Assembly (NCBI GenBank): GCA_035291665.1 | Contig: DATDRP010000003.1 | Coordinates: 84,549 to 148,548, forward strand | Direction of reading: 5' to 3' | Source: Patescibacteria group bacterium | GTDB taxonomy: Bacteria > Patescibacteriota > Microgenomatia > UBA8517 | DNA: 64,000 nucleotides | Part shown: piece after piece, positions 18,748 through 30,384 of the stretch | Layout: every line of letters starts with the position of its first letter | Position numbering within the stretch: position 1 is the stretch's first letter | Translations under genes and position numbers: made by a program | The notes under the pieces: generated by a model | Seen by the model: the letters and a program-made list of their open reading frames with translations, nothing else | What the model was told of the DNA's origin: nothing | The model's database searches: none

Positions 18748-18805
18748 TGGCACGAGGCGTATACGAATAGTATTGAAAAGCCGAATGCTAAAAACAGTAG
18801 GGTGT
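18748..18805. promoter_or_regulatory. Conserved ~55-nt element TTGGCACGAGGCGTRTAYGAATARTAYTGAAAARCC (second copy at 54631-54690); promoter-like
   Basis: ~75% identity between the two copies; the 54631 copy lies 20-60 nt upstream of the start of the minus-strand gene 54261..54599. Confidence 0.35.
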
Positions 18806-18846
18806 TGAGTACCTTAAAAAATTTATTTTAATACCCGCTGAATTTT

Positions 18847-18917
18847 TGCATTGCGACAGTCCCGCACTTTTGCCCCTTCGACGCAAACAGGTAGTATTTG
18901 GGAGAAGGCAAGAACAG
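18847..18917. ncRNA. Copy B of the structured ~75-nt element (no downstream minus-strand gene; carries a 41-codon ORF MFFNLYSSPGTVLAFSQILPVCVEGAKVRDCRNAKIQRVLK)
   Basis: Core alignment with copies A and C; outer stem GTCCCGCACT / AGTGCCGGGAGAC. Confidence 0.5.
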
Positions 18918-20553
18918 TGCCGGGAGACGAGTAAAGATTGAAGAACATTTTCGCGATTAGTGAAAGGTAGCCAGTTGACCGCCTTGAGCGGATTTCAACT
19001 TGCTGCCTTCCACTGGTCACGAGGACCAGTGTCTTTTGTTTAAGACGAGGGGAAGCAGGAAGTAAGCAGTAAGAAGTAAGGAATAAGCAATAGCGCATAT
19101 CACCTACAACCTACCGCTTACGACTTACAACCCATTTGTTCTTTAACAACTTTGCTGTTTACCACGTTCAATTTATTTGAGCGTGGATATAATTAAGGAA
19201 AAAGGAACCCTATTATATTTTTTCGATCGCGAGGACTACGGTTCTCGCGTCACGGAAGTAGTATAACGGGGTAAGAAAAGGGAATCCGCAATATCTTAAA
19301 TAATAAGGTATGTGCGGGATACCGGGGTTAGATAGTTTTTTAAAAAGACTTCTAACAGGACATGGGGTTAAATGATATATATAGATAGTCTCCTTTTTTC
19401 AAATGTCCCCTATTAATGGAGGGAACAGAGACCGTAATTATTTGCGGTTTCTTTTCCCTTCATTTTTTTGGGGCTAAAGTCCTTGGAGTTTTTTTGTTTT
19501 GGTTTAAGGCTTCGCCTTAGGCCACGTTTTTTGAATGCTGAAACATGCGATATAGTCGATTGAAGACTACGGTCTTTGTCGATACAAAAATATCAAAATG
19601 TTTTACCAGCTGTAATTCTAAATCCTTAAAAATTTAGAAGTTGGATAACCTTCAAAAAACAAAAACGAAAACAGAACCAATATGAAATTTATATTGGCGA
19701 AGTCCCGTACCGAATTTATTCTGGTGCGTGGAAAAACTTCAAAAGATTGCATCGCAAAGGATTATTATCCTGAGCGAAGACAAGTTTGACTTGTTGCAGT
19801 CGAAGGACTTCCTTTATTTCGGTTAGCCTGCTTTGCGAGCACTTCTCCTTTAAAAAGAGATTTATCAACTGAAACCAAAGGCACCCAGGATGGCGATAAA
19901 ATTCCTACTTGTAGAAGTTCGCACCCGCTTCGCGACACGCATTTCCGAGTTCTTTTCTTCCGTAAACCCGAGAAGAATCGAAATCTTATGCGCGATAAGA
20001 AGAAAAAGTAAATCGAGCAATCGATTAAAAGGCCTTCTTTTTATGACAAGGAAAACTGCGGGGGTATAAGACCTATCAAAATCTTATATTCAATCCGTAC
20101 CAGTCATTTGGGATTGTGACCCAACAAGGCAACAACTCAGGGATCAATCGCAACCAAGCTCAGCTTGGTAATCCTGTTTTGTATCAAAACCACTACGGTT
20201 AGATACGAAGAGATCTCGCATTTATACATGTTAAATGTGTAGAAATCGGGAAAAGCGAAAATCCAGCTCAGCTGGAGTACTTATCTTAAGTACGCGGAAA
20301 CTGGACAAGCGTTTTTTGTTTTTGCTTTGAAGAGACTTCTTCTTTTCTTCTTTATAAACAGAGAGTTTCCGGTGCACCCAACAAAGGTGTCATCCGCAAG
20401 CTACGAAGCTTGATTATAGAAACTGATATGTAGGATATCGGAGAGAAAGAAAAGAATTGGAGAAGTAGGAACGGAAGACGGCATTCAGGAGATGCGGAAA
20501 AATTTTATCAATCAGGTGTAGTTTTACCTGAATTCAGAAAAAAGGAGAATGTT

Positions 20554-20727
20554 ATGGATTACCATGGATTGATGATTGCTAGTTTGATCGCAGTTGGTGA
20601 TTGCTGTTGGTTCTTCCCGATGGTAAAAAGTGGGAAAATTAAATGTTCCTACGCAATAATTTTTTTGATCGGGATGGCCAGTTCCGCCGTTGTAATTTTA
20701 ATGTCAATCTTTCTGGCTAATAACTAG
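20554..20727 (+). CDS. 57-aa two-helix membrane micro-protein (below ORF-track cutoff), strong SD AAGGAG
   Basis: aaaaaaGGAGaatgttATG; MDYHGLMIASLIAVGDCCWFFPMVKSGKIKCSYAIIFLIGMASSAVVILMSIFLANN. Confidence 0.5.
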   Translation: MDYHGLMIASLIAVGDCCWFFPMVKSGKIKCSYAIIFLIGMASSAVVILMSIFLANN

Positions 20728-20734
20728 GAGGAGT

Positions 20735-20836
20735 ATGTACAACGTAAGGCGAATCTTTATTTATATCATTGCTGTCGTGGCTGCTGTTTTAATTATTGCC
20801 ATTGCAGCAACAATTCTACTTTCTGGAGGATTCTAA
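20735..20836 (+). CDS. 33-aa single-helix membrane peptide, SD AGGAGGAG, stop overlaps the next start (TAATG)
   Basis: MYNVRRIFIYIIAVVAAVLIIAIAATILLSGGF. Confidence 0.4.
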   Translation: MYNVRRIFIYIIAVVAAVLIIAIAATILLSGGF

Positions 20837-23079
20837 TGTACCACACGCGGCGCAACCGCAAAAACCTGATGAAGCTTTTCAGCTACGTCATGGTGTTCGT
20901 TCTAATTGTTACATCTTTTCAAACCGCCTTTGCCGGCAACGGCGAGGGAGATGGTGGAGACAACGGAAATGGTAAATCGGAAACGGCACCTGGACAGGTG
21001 AAAAAAGAAGGCGCTGTTGAAGTACCTGCCGCTTCGGTTGTTCAAGAAGGCCAAACTGTTGTCGTTCAACCTGAGGTCGTTTTGACTCAGGAACCAAAAG
21101 TGGTTCAATCCAGTGAAGTTCAGTCCAATACTAATTCCGAAGACTACGGGCAGAAGAAAAACGAAGGTCACAAGGTGCCAGTTTGCCATGTTCCGAAGGG
21201 AAACCCTTCCAACGCTCACGTCATAATCATAGACGAGAATGGTTGGAAAGATGGGACAAATCCCGGTGGCCATCAAGACGGTGGACATGGAGGCGATTAT
21301 TTGCTTCCTGGACCTGTAGAAAATTACAAAGCAGGTGAAAAATGTTCACCCCCTGAACCGCCCAAGGTTTGCAAGCTGACCAGTGATTGGGTAGTAGTTT
21401 CTCGCTCAGATTGGCAGTGGGATTCAGAAAAGGGAGATTATTTCCAAACAGTTACATACAAAAAGTACGACCAAAAAGACAGTTCTCAAGAATGTGATTC
21501 GAAGACTGAAACCGTTTGGAAGGGTTACTCCCCATGTGACGAGCAAACCGCTTGGACCAACTGGAATGTTATCTTGGACTGGACAAATGATCCTATCCAA
21601 AATGACCTCTACCGGAGACTCGAGCGATATACGTTCGACGCGCATGATTCTAGCCAAGTTTGCCTGAAAGAAACCAAGACTGAGCGGAAGTCCAAACCTG
21701 AGGAACCCAATATTCCAGAATCGCCTGAAACACCCAACGACAGTAAAGACATGCCAAGAAGCGTATGTATTCAGCGCGAAATTGTTTCAGAACAAAGAGT
21801 TGACCTGGAAACAGGGTTCAGCTCAATTATTCACTGGTTCGTTGATCGTATCAATATGGTGTTATACGGCGAAACATCCGTAACGGTCAATCAACCTAAT
21901 TCGTTGAATTCGCACTCCAGCATCAACCCCGTAACAGGATGCGAAGAAGTTTATGGCCACGCCGAGAATACCGAGCTTTATCAGCTCTGGATACATTCAA
22001 TTGACGGGTCAAATCCTCGTCCAATTAAAAACCAGGGTGAAGTAATTCACGGTAACGAAGCTGACTGGGGCATGTCAAATTTGATCGCTTACGTAGCGCC
22101 AAACGGTTACTTAAAAGTAACCGATGAAAAAGGAAGTTTTATCGATTCCTTTGTCGGCGAAGACACCAAGAGTTTCATGGCCAGCAATCCCGATTGGTCA
22201 CCAGATGGCAAGTATATCGCTTACACAAACAGTGATGACTCTCTTACCGTCATGCCTTACCCTTACGAAGGTAAAGGAACCAAATCCAACATCGAGTGCG
22301 CTCCACTTCGTTGGGAAGCGGATCAGTCAGGAATCAATTGTTTCCAGAAAGAAGCTGGTTGGGTACTAGTAAAATTTCCTTCATTGGAAGTACAACCAGT
22401 CGCATCTTGGATCAGTGACATGGTTCCCGACCCGGAAGGTGGCAACGCAGTTGTTGTAGTCAACATATCAGATCAGATGTACTTCGTTCCTGATATCAGT
22501 TCAGTTGAGAATTCAACGTTGCGTAGTGCACTACCAGACATGAAAGCTGTGTCCATCGAAGCAGAAGATGTAGTAGTTCAGGATTTGAACCCAGATTGGT
22601 ACTCCCCCAATAAGGTTGTACCTGAAAGTCTGGATTTTGACCAGGTCCGAGTATCGGCGCATGAGCTGGAAGCTGACAAGCCGTCAGAAGTTAACATAAT
22701 CGTAGATAAAGACCAATATATTGGGGAATTAGAAGACAATTTGGTCTTTGTTGTCGGTGAAAACCAAGGCTTGAAAGAGCAAAACGATCTGCTGAATAAG
22801 CAGGTTGAAAATCTTGAGAAGCAGAATGAGCTCTTGAAGGCAGAGGTAGATTCTCTGAAAGACGGCAACACCGACGTCGCGCTGACATCAGCAAGTTTGG
22901 CTGGTAAGTCTGTTTCAAACCAGGGTTGGTTAGTTGCTCTGTTGTTCGGGGTGATTTGTTGCATGGGTATTTTCATCTATGGGATGTTCAAGGGATATGT
23001 TCTCATCTCCCAACCCAATGCCCAACCCCAGTCTCAGAACCAGAGTACCAAGCCAGTAACCGATAAAACAAAGCCGTGA
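20836..23079 (+). CDS. 747-aa extracytoplasmic protein: N-terminal signal/anchor, TolB-like beta-propeller-type repeats, coiled coil, C-terminal TM anchor; acidic Q/P/E-rich N-region
   Basis: N-terminal hydrophobic helix; DWSPDGKYIAYTNSDDSLTV-type repeat; LKEQNDLLNKQVENLEKQNELLKAEVDSLK coiled coil; LVALLFGVICCMGIFIYGMF TM. Confidence 0.5.
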   Translation: MYHTRRNRKNLMKLFSYVMVFVLIVTSFQTAFAGNGEGDGGDNGNGKSETAPGQVKKEGAVEVPAASVVQEGQTVVVQPEVVLTQEPKVVQSSEVQSNTNSEDYGQKKNEGHKVPVCHVPKGNPSNAHVIIIDENGWKDGTNPGGHQDGGHGGDYLLPGPVENYKAGEKCSPPEPPKVCKLTSDWVVVSRSDWQWDSEKGDYFQTVTYKKYDQKDSSQECDSKTETVWKGYSPCDEQTAWTNWNVILDWTNDPIQNDLYRRLERYTFDAHDSSQVCLKETKTERKSKPEEPNIPESPETPNDSKDMPRSVCIQREIVSEQRVDLETGFSSIIHWFVDRINMVLYGETSVTVNQPNSLNSHSSINPVTGCEEVYGHAENTELYQLWIHSIDGSNPRPIKNQGEVIHGNEADWGMSNLIAYVAPNGYLKVTDEKGSFIDSFVGEDTKSFMASNPDWSPDGKYIAYTNSDDSLTVMPYPYEGKGTKSNIECAPLRWEADQSGINCFQKEAGWVLVKFPSLEVQPVASWISDMVPDPEGGNAVVVVNISDQMYFVPDISSVENSTLRSALPDMKAVSIEAEDVVVQDLNPDWYSPNKVVPESLDFDQVRVSAHELEADKPSEVNIIVDKDQYIGELEDNLVFVVGENQGLKEQNDLLNKQVENLEKQNELLKAEVDSLKDGNTDVALTSASLAGKSVSNQGWLVALLFGVICCMGIFIYGMFKGYVLISQPNAQPQSQNQSTKPVTDKTKP

Positions 23080-23125
23080 GGCTTTGTGTACTTTTTGCCG
23101 CAGGGGGCGTCGCATGACGCCCCCC
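23069..23125 (+). terminator. Tandem hairpins after the 747-aa gene (AAGCC-GTGA-GGCTT + TTTTT; GGGGGCGTC-GCAT-GACGCCCCC)
   Basis: Direct reading; the first hairpin is followed by a T-run. Confidence 0.5.
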
Positions 23126-24905
23126 GCGGGATCCTCCCCTCTCCCTTTCCTTCTTTCTTTCCTTAGGGATCAGATAATCACGTAAATTATTATTTATTAA
23201 AAAAACGTGATTGGACAAGAACAGTAAATTTTTATCAACTGTTACTTACCTACTCAGCTACGGCTGAATAATTTGATTTTTTCCATGAGCAAGTCTTGTG
23301 GAAAATATAATTTCGACACTCTGTAGTTTCGTGCTACGGAAACGATTTTATGCCCAACGGATTGAAAGTTGGAAAGGTTGAGAGTGGGAGGACCTGCGGG
23401 TTCGTACCAATATTTCTTAAACCAGATACCATTCGGTACCTGGCTACTTTTTCCTAATTCCCTCCAGTGCATATTCTTGCACGGAGTAAACCCCTTATTC
23501 GAGTCAAACTCGAGGAATCAACCTGATTACCGGTTGATAAGGGAAGGTTTATTCAAGTTCAACTTGAATAAACATAGACTTTCTTCCGCGGAAGAAGTTT
23601 GGAGAGCCATTGGCCCTTCAGATCACTCTTTCCGGATGAAAGCAGCAATAAAAAGGTATTGTGTGGAAATTTTGGGAAACCAAAATTTCAGATTCTGAAT
23701 TTATTCAGGATGACAAACACACAACAACCTTCTCTACTTTTTTTAATTTTGTCTACGGACAATATTAAAAAATCCCAAAAGGAATTTAACCGAAAGGTTA
23801 AATGTAGAGAAAAAGCGATAAGACTTATGCAAATTCTGCATAAGTCTTTGAAGTCAGGTGCCATATGGTACCTGACAGGTGATTTAGTTGTTGTTTTTGA
23901 GCATGGTGATTGAATCTCCAAAGAGATTCTTTCATTAAATCGAGTCCAACTTGATACCGCCCAAATAACAAATAAACTTTAATCACATTCAGATATCCTC
24001 GTGGTATCTGATCCCCCTTCGCTCTTACGAGCTACGAAGGGAAAAAACGTTTCCCATCCTCCTTCGTTCTGCACAGCAGAACTTTGGAAGGATACAATCG
24101 GCAACAACTTGCCGGTAGCAAATATTAAGCAATTGCTACATGGCGGGTTGCGCCATAGGGTATAACGAAGGGGCCTACTAGTTTGGTTTTTTCAAGATGG
24201 AGTGCCAAAGCTGGCGCTCAATATGACACCCGAGTAAGACTCGGACACAATCATACACATCTCGAAAAACAAATAAACTAGCAGGCCCCAAAAACAAAAA
24301 AACTTACAAGGCAAGTTAGAGAATGGAGAAAAGAGAAGAGTTCAAAGTTAGTATTAAATTGGTAGATAGTAGATTGTAGATCTTATATGGGGATAAAAAT
24401 CCTTCCCTATATTTCATATACCGTATGCTATAAACCAATTGTGTTACTTATTAGTCAGCAAAGTTCTTTAAAAATTTATTATTTAGTACAAAGCGAAAAG
24501 CGAAGAGAAAAAAGTTTTTAAGAAGTTAGTTTGAAACGCTTAATTCTTTATTCTATATACTAATTATAGTGTTCGAAAGCGTGGGGGTTAATCCCGTTAA
24601 TAAACCTCTAAAGCAACCACCCAGCTCAGCTGGGTAGGTAGGAAATTTTCGGTTCTCCCGGGGAATATCCAGGAAAGCCAAAATTTGAGATTGCCCCCAC
24701 ACTTTTGAACATAAAAATAGTGATTAGTGCAATGCTTGCAAGGACTGTCCTTGTACGCTGTGTATAGTAATTACTCATAACTCACCACTCATAACACACT
24801 TCTTATAACTTATCCCTCACCCCTACAACCAATCGCTTATTTCATATTGTTTTCGACAAAGAGTCTCCCAGTCACAAACCCGGAATTCATAATTAATCCC
24901 ATGAC

Positions 24906-25997
24906 TTGTTAATTCACTTTATTCATACTATAATTACCCACATTTTATATACTATGGGTGTAGAAACTAATAATACGCAAACCATCCGGATCGCTCCCGA
25001 CATTACATGGGTAGTCGGACCCGCTCCCGAAGAAGCGAAACCAAAACATTCAGTTGAGGTAAAACCAATTCGGAATTTATACAGTGATCATGAAAGGTTT
25101 AATATTAACCTACAATATCCAAACACTGGGGTTAACCTAGAACAGTTTTATACAACAAACCAAAAGACTAAACGATTGAATAATCAAACTGTGGATGCAC
25201 TTACACAAAACTTTGAAAGGTTTGAAGCCACCCTCCCCCAAAACCTTACATATCTGCAAAAACAAACTGCTGTCAAAGAATTCATTACATATCAAGAAGA
25301 ACTAAATCCAGATGATAAAGATTTCTTGCGAATTATGAAGAGGTCGTTTTCTGCGAGAGTGGTATGGCAAAAAAGAAGAGGCGGGTTTTCTGAACACCAG
25401 CCAAATTTTGTATCAAAAAAGTGGAAAGAGATTGACACCGAAAAAAGTCCGCTTCTATTGATAACCAACACTGAAACGGAAATTCCAAATGGCGATGAAA
25501 GGATAGTAACTACGATAGACGCGGCAGCCAATGGTTGGCCGATTGATGGTTCATTACCCCAAAAAGAAAGTCATTCACAATCATTTATATATCAACTCAG
25601 ATTTGTTGAAAAAGAAGATGTTGAAAAGTGGCTTGGAAAAATGAAAGCTAGAGTGAAAGATAAATTGATTACAATTATGAGTGCAAATAACCTTTCCCCG
25701 GAACAGTTCAGAGATTATTTTGATCCTCTTGTGGTATTTCTTTCTGATAGAGTTTCAAGAATGTCCCAACGTGAAGTGCTCAGAATCATTCAGACTGATG
25801 ATATCGAGGAAATTTATACTATATCCAAACCTCGCTCTTCAATAATAAACGAAAAATTCAGCGCGAGTTCTTCGGAAAATGAGTTTGACAGCAAGGCAAA
25901 TGCTTCAAAAAACTTTCGCGAAGATGTTTACCGTTTTGTTCGAAGGGAGAGAATAATAAACAGCTATTTGGACAAAACCAACAATAAATACAAATAA
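24906..25997 (+). CDS. Hypothetical protein (363 aa), no recognisable domain; no SD, preceded by a G-depleted tract
   Basis: ORF only. Confidence 0.4.
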   Translation: MLIHFIHTIITHILYTMGVETNNTQTIRIAPDITWVVGPAPEEAKPKHSVEVKPIRNLYSDHERFNINLQYPNTGVNLEQFYTTNQKTKRLNNQTVDALTQNFERFEATLPQNLTYLQKQTAVKEFITYQEELNPDDKDFLRIMKRSFSARVVWQKRRGGFSEHQPNFVSKKWKEIDTEKSPLLLITNTETEIPNGDERIVTTIDAAANGWPIDGSLPQKESHSQSFIYQLRFVEKEDVEKWLGKMKARVKDKLITIMSANNLSPEQFRDYFDPLVVFLSDRVSRMSQREVLRIIQTDDIEEIYTISKPRSSIINEKFSASSSENEFDSKANASKNFREDVYRFVRRERIINSYLDKTNNKYK

Positions 25998-26045
25998 TTT
26001 TACCATCCCAAAATTAGGTACAATAATATCTCTAATGATAATTCA

Positions 26046-26612
26046 ATGAGAAAAGATGTAGAAAACGAATTACAGAAATTTAGTGATTTGTTTTCCTCTG
26101 AACAAATGAGCGAAGTAGAAGTTGCATTGCAAAAAAGGGATAAATTAGCGCGATCAATAACACTTCGAATCGAACTGGAAAACGAATTGAGAAGCGGTAA
26201 ATCGCCCTGGAAGCAACTGCTTGATAAGGTTTCGGAAACCGGGGGTAATAAAGAGAGGTTTTATACTGACCTTCTCGATTTGGGTAAGAAACTTAACGAT
26301 CTTTTCTCCGCAGATAATTATCAGGGAATTGATCGCAATAATCTGAATGATCTCCGGAGCGTCTATGAAATATATCTTGCAAACTTTATAAGTGGCCAAG
26401 TTACATCGCACAATCCAGGTGTTAATCCTCAACAACCACTAAGTCCTGAAAGCATCTTGGCAACTCTTAATACAACCGCAATACCCTCACCCACCCATAA
26501 TACCGATATTCTTCTGGCGATCAATAGAAGCAACAACGGCAATGGTCCAATAACTCTCAAGTCCTCAGTTGAAGCTTTCATTCGAAGACAAGTCTATTCT
26601 TCAAAACTTTAA
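26046..26612 (+). CDS. Hypothetical protein (188 aa)
   Basis: ORF only. Confidence 0.4.
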   Translation: MRKDVENELQKFSDLFSSEQMSEVEVALQKRDKLARSITLRIELENELRSGKSPWKQLLDKVSETGGNKERFYTDLLDLGKKLNDLFSADNYQGIDRNNLNDLRSVYEIYLANFISGQVTSHNPGVNPQQPLSPESILATLNTTAIPSPTHNTDILLAINRSNNGNGPITLKSSVEAFIRRQVYSSKL

Positions 26613-26884
26613 TTGTTTCTATCTCTTCTTTTTTCTTTCAGCTTAAGCCTGGATTTTTTTTCGAAATATTCCCGATCACAATGCCCTTCCGTTGAATTGA
26701 GCGTTACGCTCAAAACTACTCCATTTACAACTTCGAAATTTGCCTGAAGTGAAAACCTGCAACCACCTTTATTACAGGAAATTGTATGTACACCGGGGCT
26801 GTATCCATTTTTTCCTTCAAAACTTTTAAGGTAACCTTTCCAGTATATTTTTAAACAAAACTCACTATTTTCCTGATATGTCAT
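26609..26884 (-). CDS. Hypothetical small Cys/His-containing protein; start moved to an internal Met because the ORF-track start overlaps a terminator
   Basis: ORF 26609..26929; terminator hairpin at 26896-26921 lies inside the annotated N-terminus. Confidence 0.3.
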   Translation of the reverse strand: MTYQENSEFCLKIYWKGYLKSFEGKNGYSPGVHTISCNKGGCRFSLQANFEVVNGVVLSVTLNSTEGHCDREYFEKKSRLKLKEKRRDRNN

Positions 26885-26895
26885 AATTTTAGAAT

Positions 26896-26921
26896 CAAAA
26901 AACCCCGCAAGAGCGGGGCTG
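26896..26921 (-). terminator. Rho-independent terminator downstream of 16S rRNA (minus strand): CCCCGC-TCTT-GCGGGG + TTTTTTG
   Basis: Reverse complement AGCCCCGCTCTTGCGGGGTTTTTTGA. Confidence 0.55.
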
Positions 26922-27181
26922 AAAATCATTTACAACTGATTCCCCTTACGCATTTTTGCATTCACCTTTTTATTCTTTTGTGGCAAACACTAAAAATGCT
27001 TAAGGGTTTGGATGTATTACTACCAAATACATCTCGAAAACTAAAATATAACCGGGAATGATGAGCCAGTTTTGTATGGACAAACTGCGAACTTAAAATC
27101 CGGGTGTCACTCACGCGTAACACAAAGTGTTACGCACAAGTGTGTATTCGCTCCGATATCATCGGAACTCACACTCCTTAG

Positions 27182-28822
<1,641 letters not shown>

Positions 28823-29112
28823 GTGACGGTTCTAATTAATAAAAATTAGATCCATCTAATCACTCCCAGTCATATTTTAATTTTCGAATCAGTTGTTAAA
28901 GTGCGAGATCTTAACAAACAAAAGAAGCCGCCCAGACGGCGGCTTTGTAGCCTTAAAGATTAATCTTCGTCTGGTCAACCGCTTCTCATCTTTTCCTTTC
29001 ACAAACCAACAAATTGATTTGTAATGTGTATTATATCAAATTTTGCAAATTGTTCAACGAATCGGTTTGTGGGATTGGAAATGAACCGGGGGTATGTTAA
29101 CATTGCGCCGCT

Positions 29113-29676
29113 ATGAGTTGTGAAGAGAAAATTTCGGTAAGCCGGTTTGACAGCCAAAATCCCTTTGATTGGGATAGAAACCAGCGCGGAATTTCAAATT
29201 ACACAGAGGTGCTTTACCATCAAAGCGGCCAAGAATTAAGCCTCACTGAAGCAGAAATACTTAAGGATCGTACGGTAATAATGCCTGTCCAAACCTTTTT
29301 TTCAAGCCATCCCAAGTATGGACCTGACACACAGATGGGGAAAATTCTTTTCCTTTCAGTATGCTCATATATGATCGAAAACCGGAAATATCACGGCAAA
29401 TTGAGAAAAAAGAAGGATAATAATATAGATTTGATTAAAAAGTTATATTTAAAAGCCCGAACAGAAAAAGTAATAAAAGCAGTTGGTGCTGAAATCGGCT
29501 TAAGTGACAAGAAGGCTTTACTTCTTGCAGAGGAGCTTCGGGTTGTTATGTTTCAACACCTGTCTGAAAAACCCAAAAACGGATTAAGGTTCAATCAGGT
29601 ACCTACCCCGGAAAGAACAAAAAATATATTGAAAGTTATTGAAAAGTATTTACCCCAAGAAACAGGAACTTGTTAG
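29113..29676 (+). CDS. Hypothetical protein (187 aa)
   Basis: ORF only. Confidence 0.4.
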   Translation: MSCEEKISVSRFDSQNPFDWDRNQRGISNYTEVLYHQSGQELSLTEAEILKDRTVIMPVQTFFSSHPKYGPDTQMGKILFLSVCSYMIENRKYHGKLRKKKDNNIDLIKKLYLKARTEKVIKAVGAEIGLSDKKALLLAEELRVVMFQHLSEKPKNGLRFNQVPTPERTKNILKVIEKYLPQETGTC

Positions 29677-29718
29677 AAAAATTAATTTAACCTACAATTT
29701 AAACTTGCACAATTAGTT

Positions 29719-30363
29719 ATGCATTTTAATCTAATCGAAATAATAAAAACCGCTGGATACTTTGGTATTTTCTTTATGATCTTTGCCGAATCCGGGCTGT
29801 TTTTCGGGTTTTTCTTTCCCGGAGATTCTCTTCTTTTTACGGCAGGATTTTTGGCGTCTCAGGGTTTTTTGGACATTAAAATTCTTTTACCTCTTGTTGT
29901 TGTCGCTGCTGTAGGTGGTGATTCAGCAGGATTTTGGACCGGTCATAAATTTGCTAAATGGCTACTCGGGAGAAAGGAATCGTTCCTTTTTAAGAAAGAG
30001 TATATCGACAAAGCAAACGCTTTCTATAAAAAACACGGCGGAAAAGCATTAATTATCGCAAGGTTTGTTCCTGCTGTCAGAACTTTTGTTCCTATTGTTG
30101 CAGGTATGGCCGGAATGCAATATGAATCTTTCATTAAATATAATATTTTCGGAGGATTAATTTGGGGAACCGGATTGACTCTCGCAGGATTTTTCCTTGG
30201 AAATCTGATCCCGAATGTCGACAGATACTTACTCCCAATCATATTGCTGATTATTTTCCTTTCTGTCCTTCCGGGTCTTATTCACATGAGAAAGGATATT
30301 TTAAAAATATTAAGAAAAAACAAACTTGCGGCCAAGCTGTTGGTATATTTGGGACAAGACTAA
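29719..30363 (+). CDS. DedA-family (SNARE-associated/TVP38) membrane protein
   Basis: IIARFVPAVRTFVPIVAGMAGM matches the DedA signature; polytopic. Confidence 0.7.
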   Translation: MHFNLIEIIKTAGYFGIFFMIFAESGLFFGFFFPGDSLLFTAGFLASQGFLDIKILLPLVVVAAVGGDSAGFWTGHKFAKWLLGRKESFLFKKEYIDKANAFYKKHGGKALIIARFVPAVRTFVPIVAGMAGMQYESFIKYNIFGGLIWGTGLTLAGFFLGNLIPNVDRYLLPIILLIIFLSVLPGLIHMRKDILKILRKNKLAAKLLVYLGQD

Positions 30364-30384
30364 ATATGAAGCTTCTGGCTTTGA

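Noticed and set aside
18748-18805. Sigma-54 promoter reading of TTGGCACGAGGCG
   Set aside because: TGGCAC is present but the -12 GC/TTGC element at the correct spacing is absent.
19140-24900. RNase P RNA, tmRNA, SRP RNA or CRISPR array in the ORF-free regions
   Set aside because: I could not find the P4 (GGAAAGUCCGG / ACAGARCCCGGCUUA), the tmRNA tRNA-like end or tag-reading-frame signature, the SRP domain IV motif, or regularly spaced direct repeats. Cannot be excluded without a covariance-model search.
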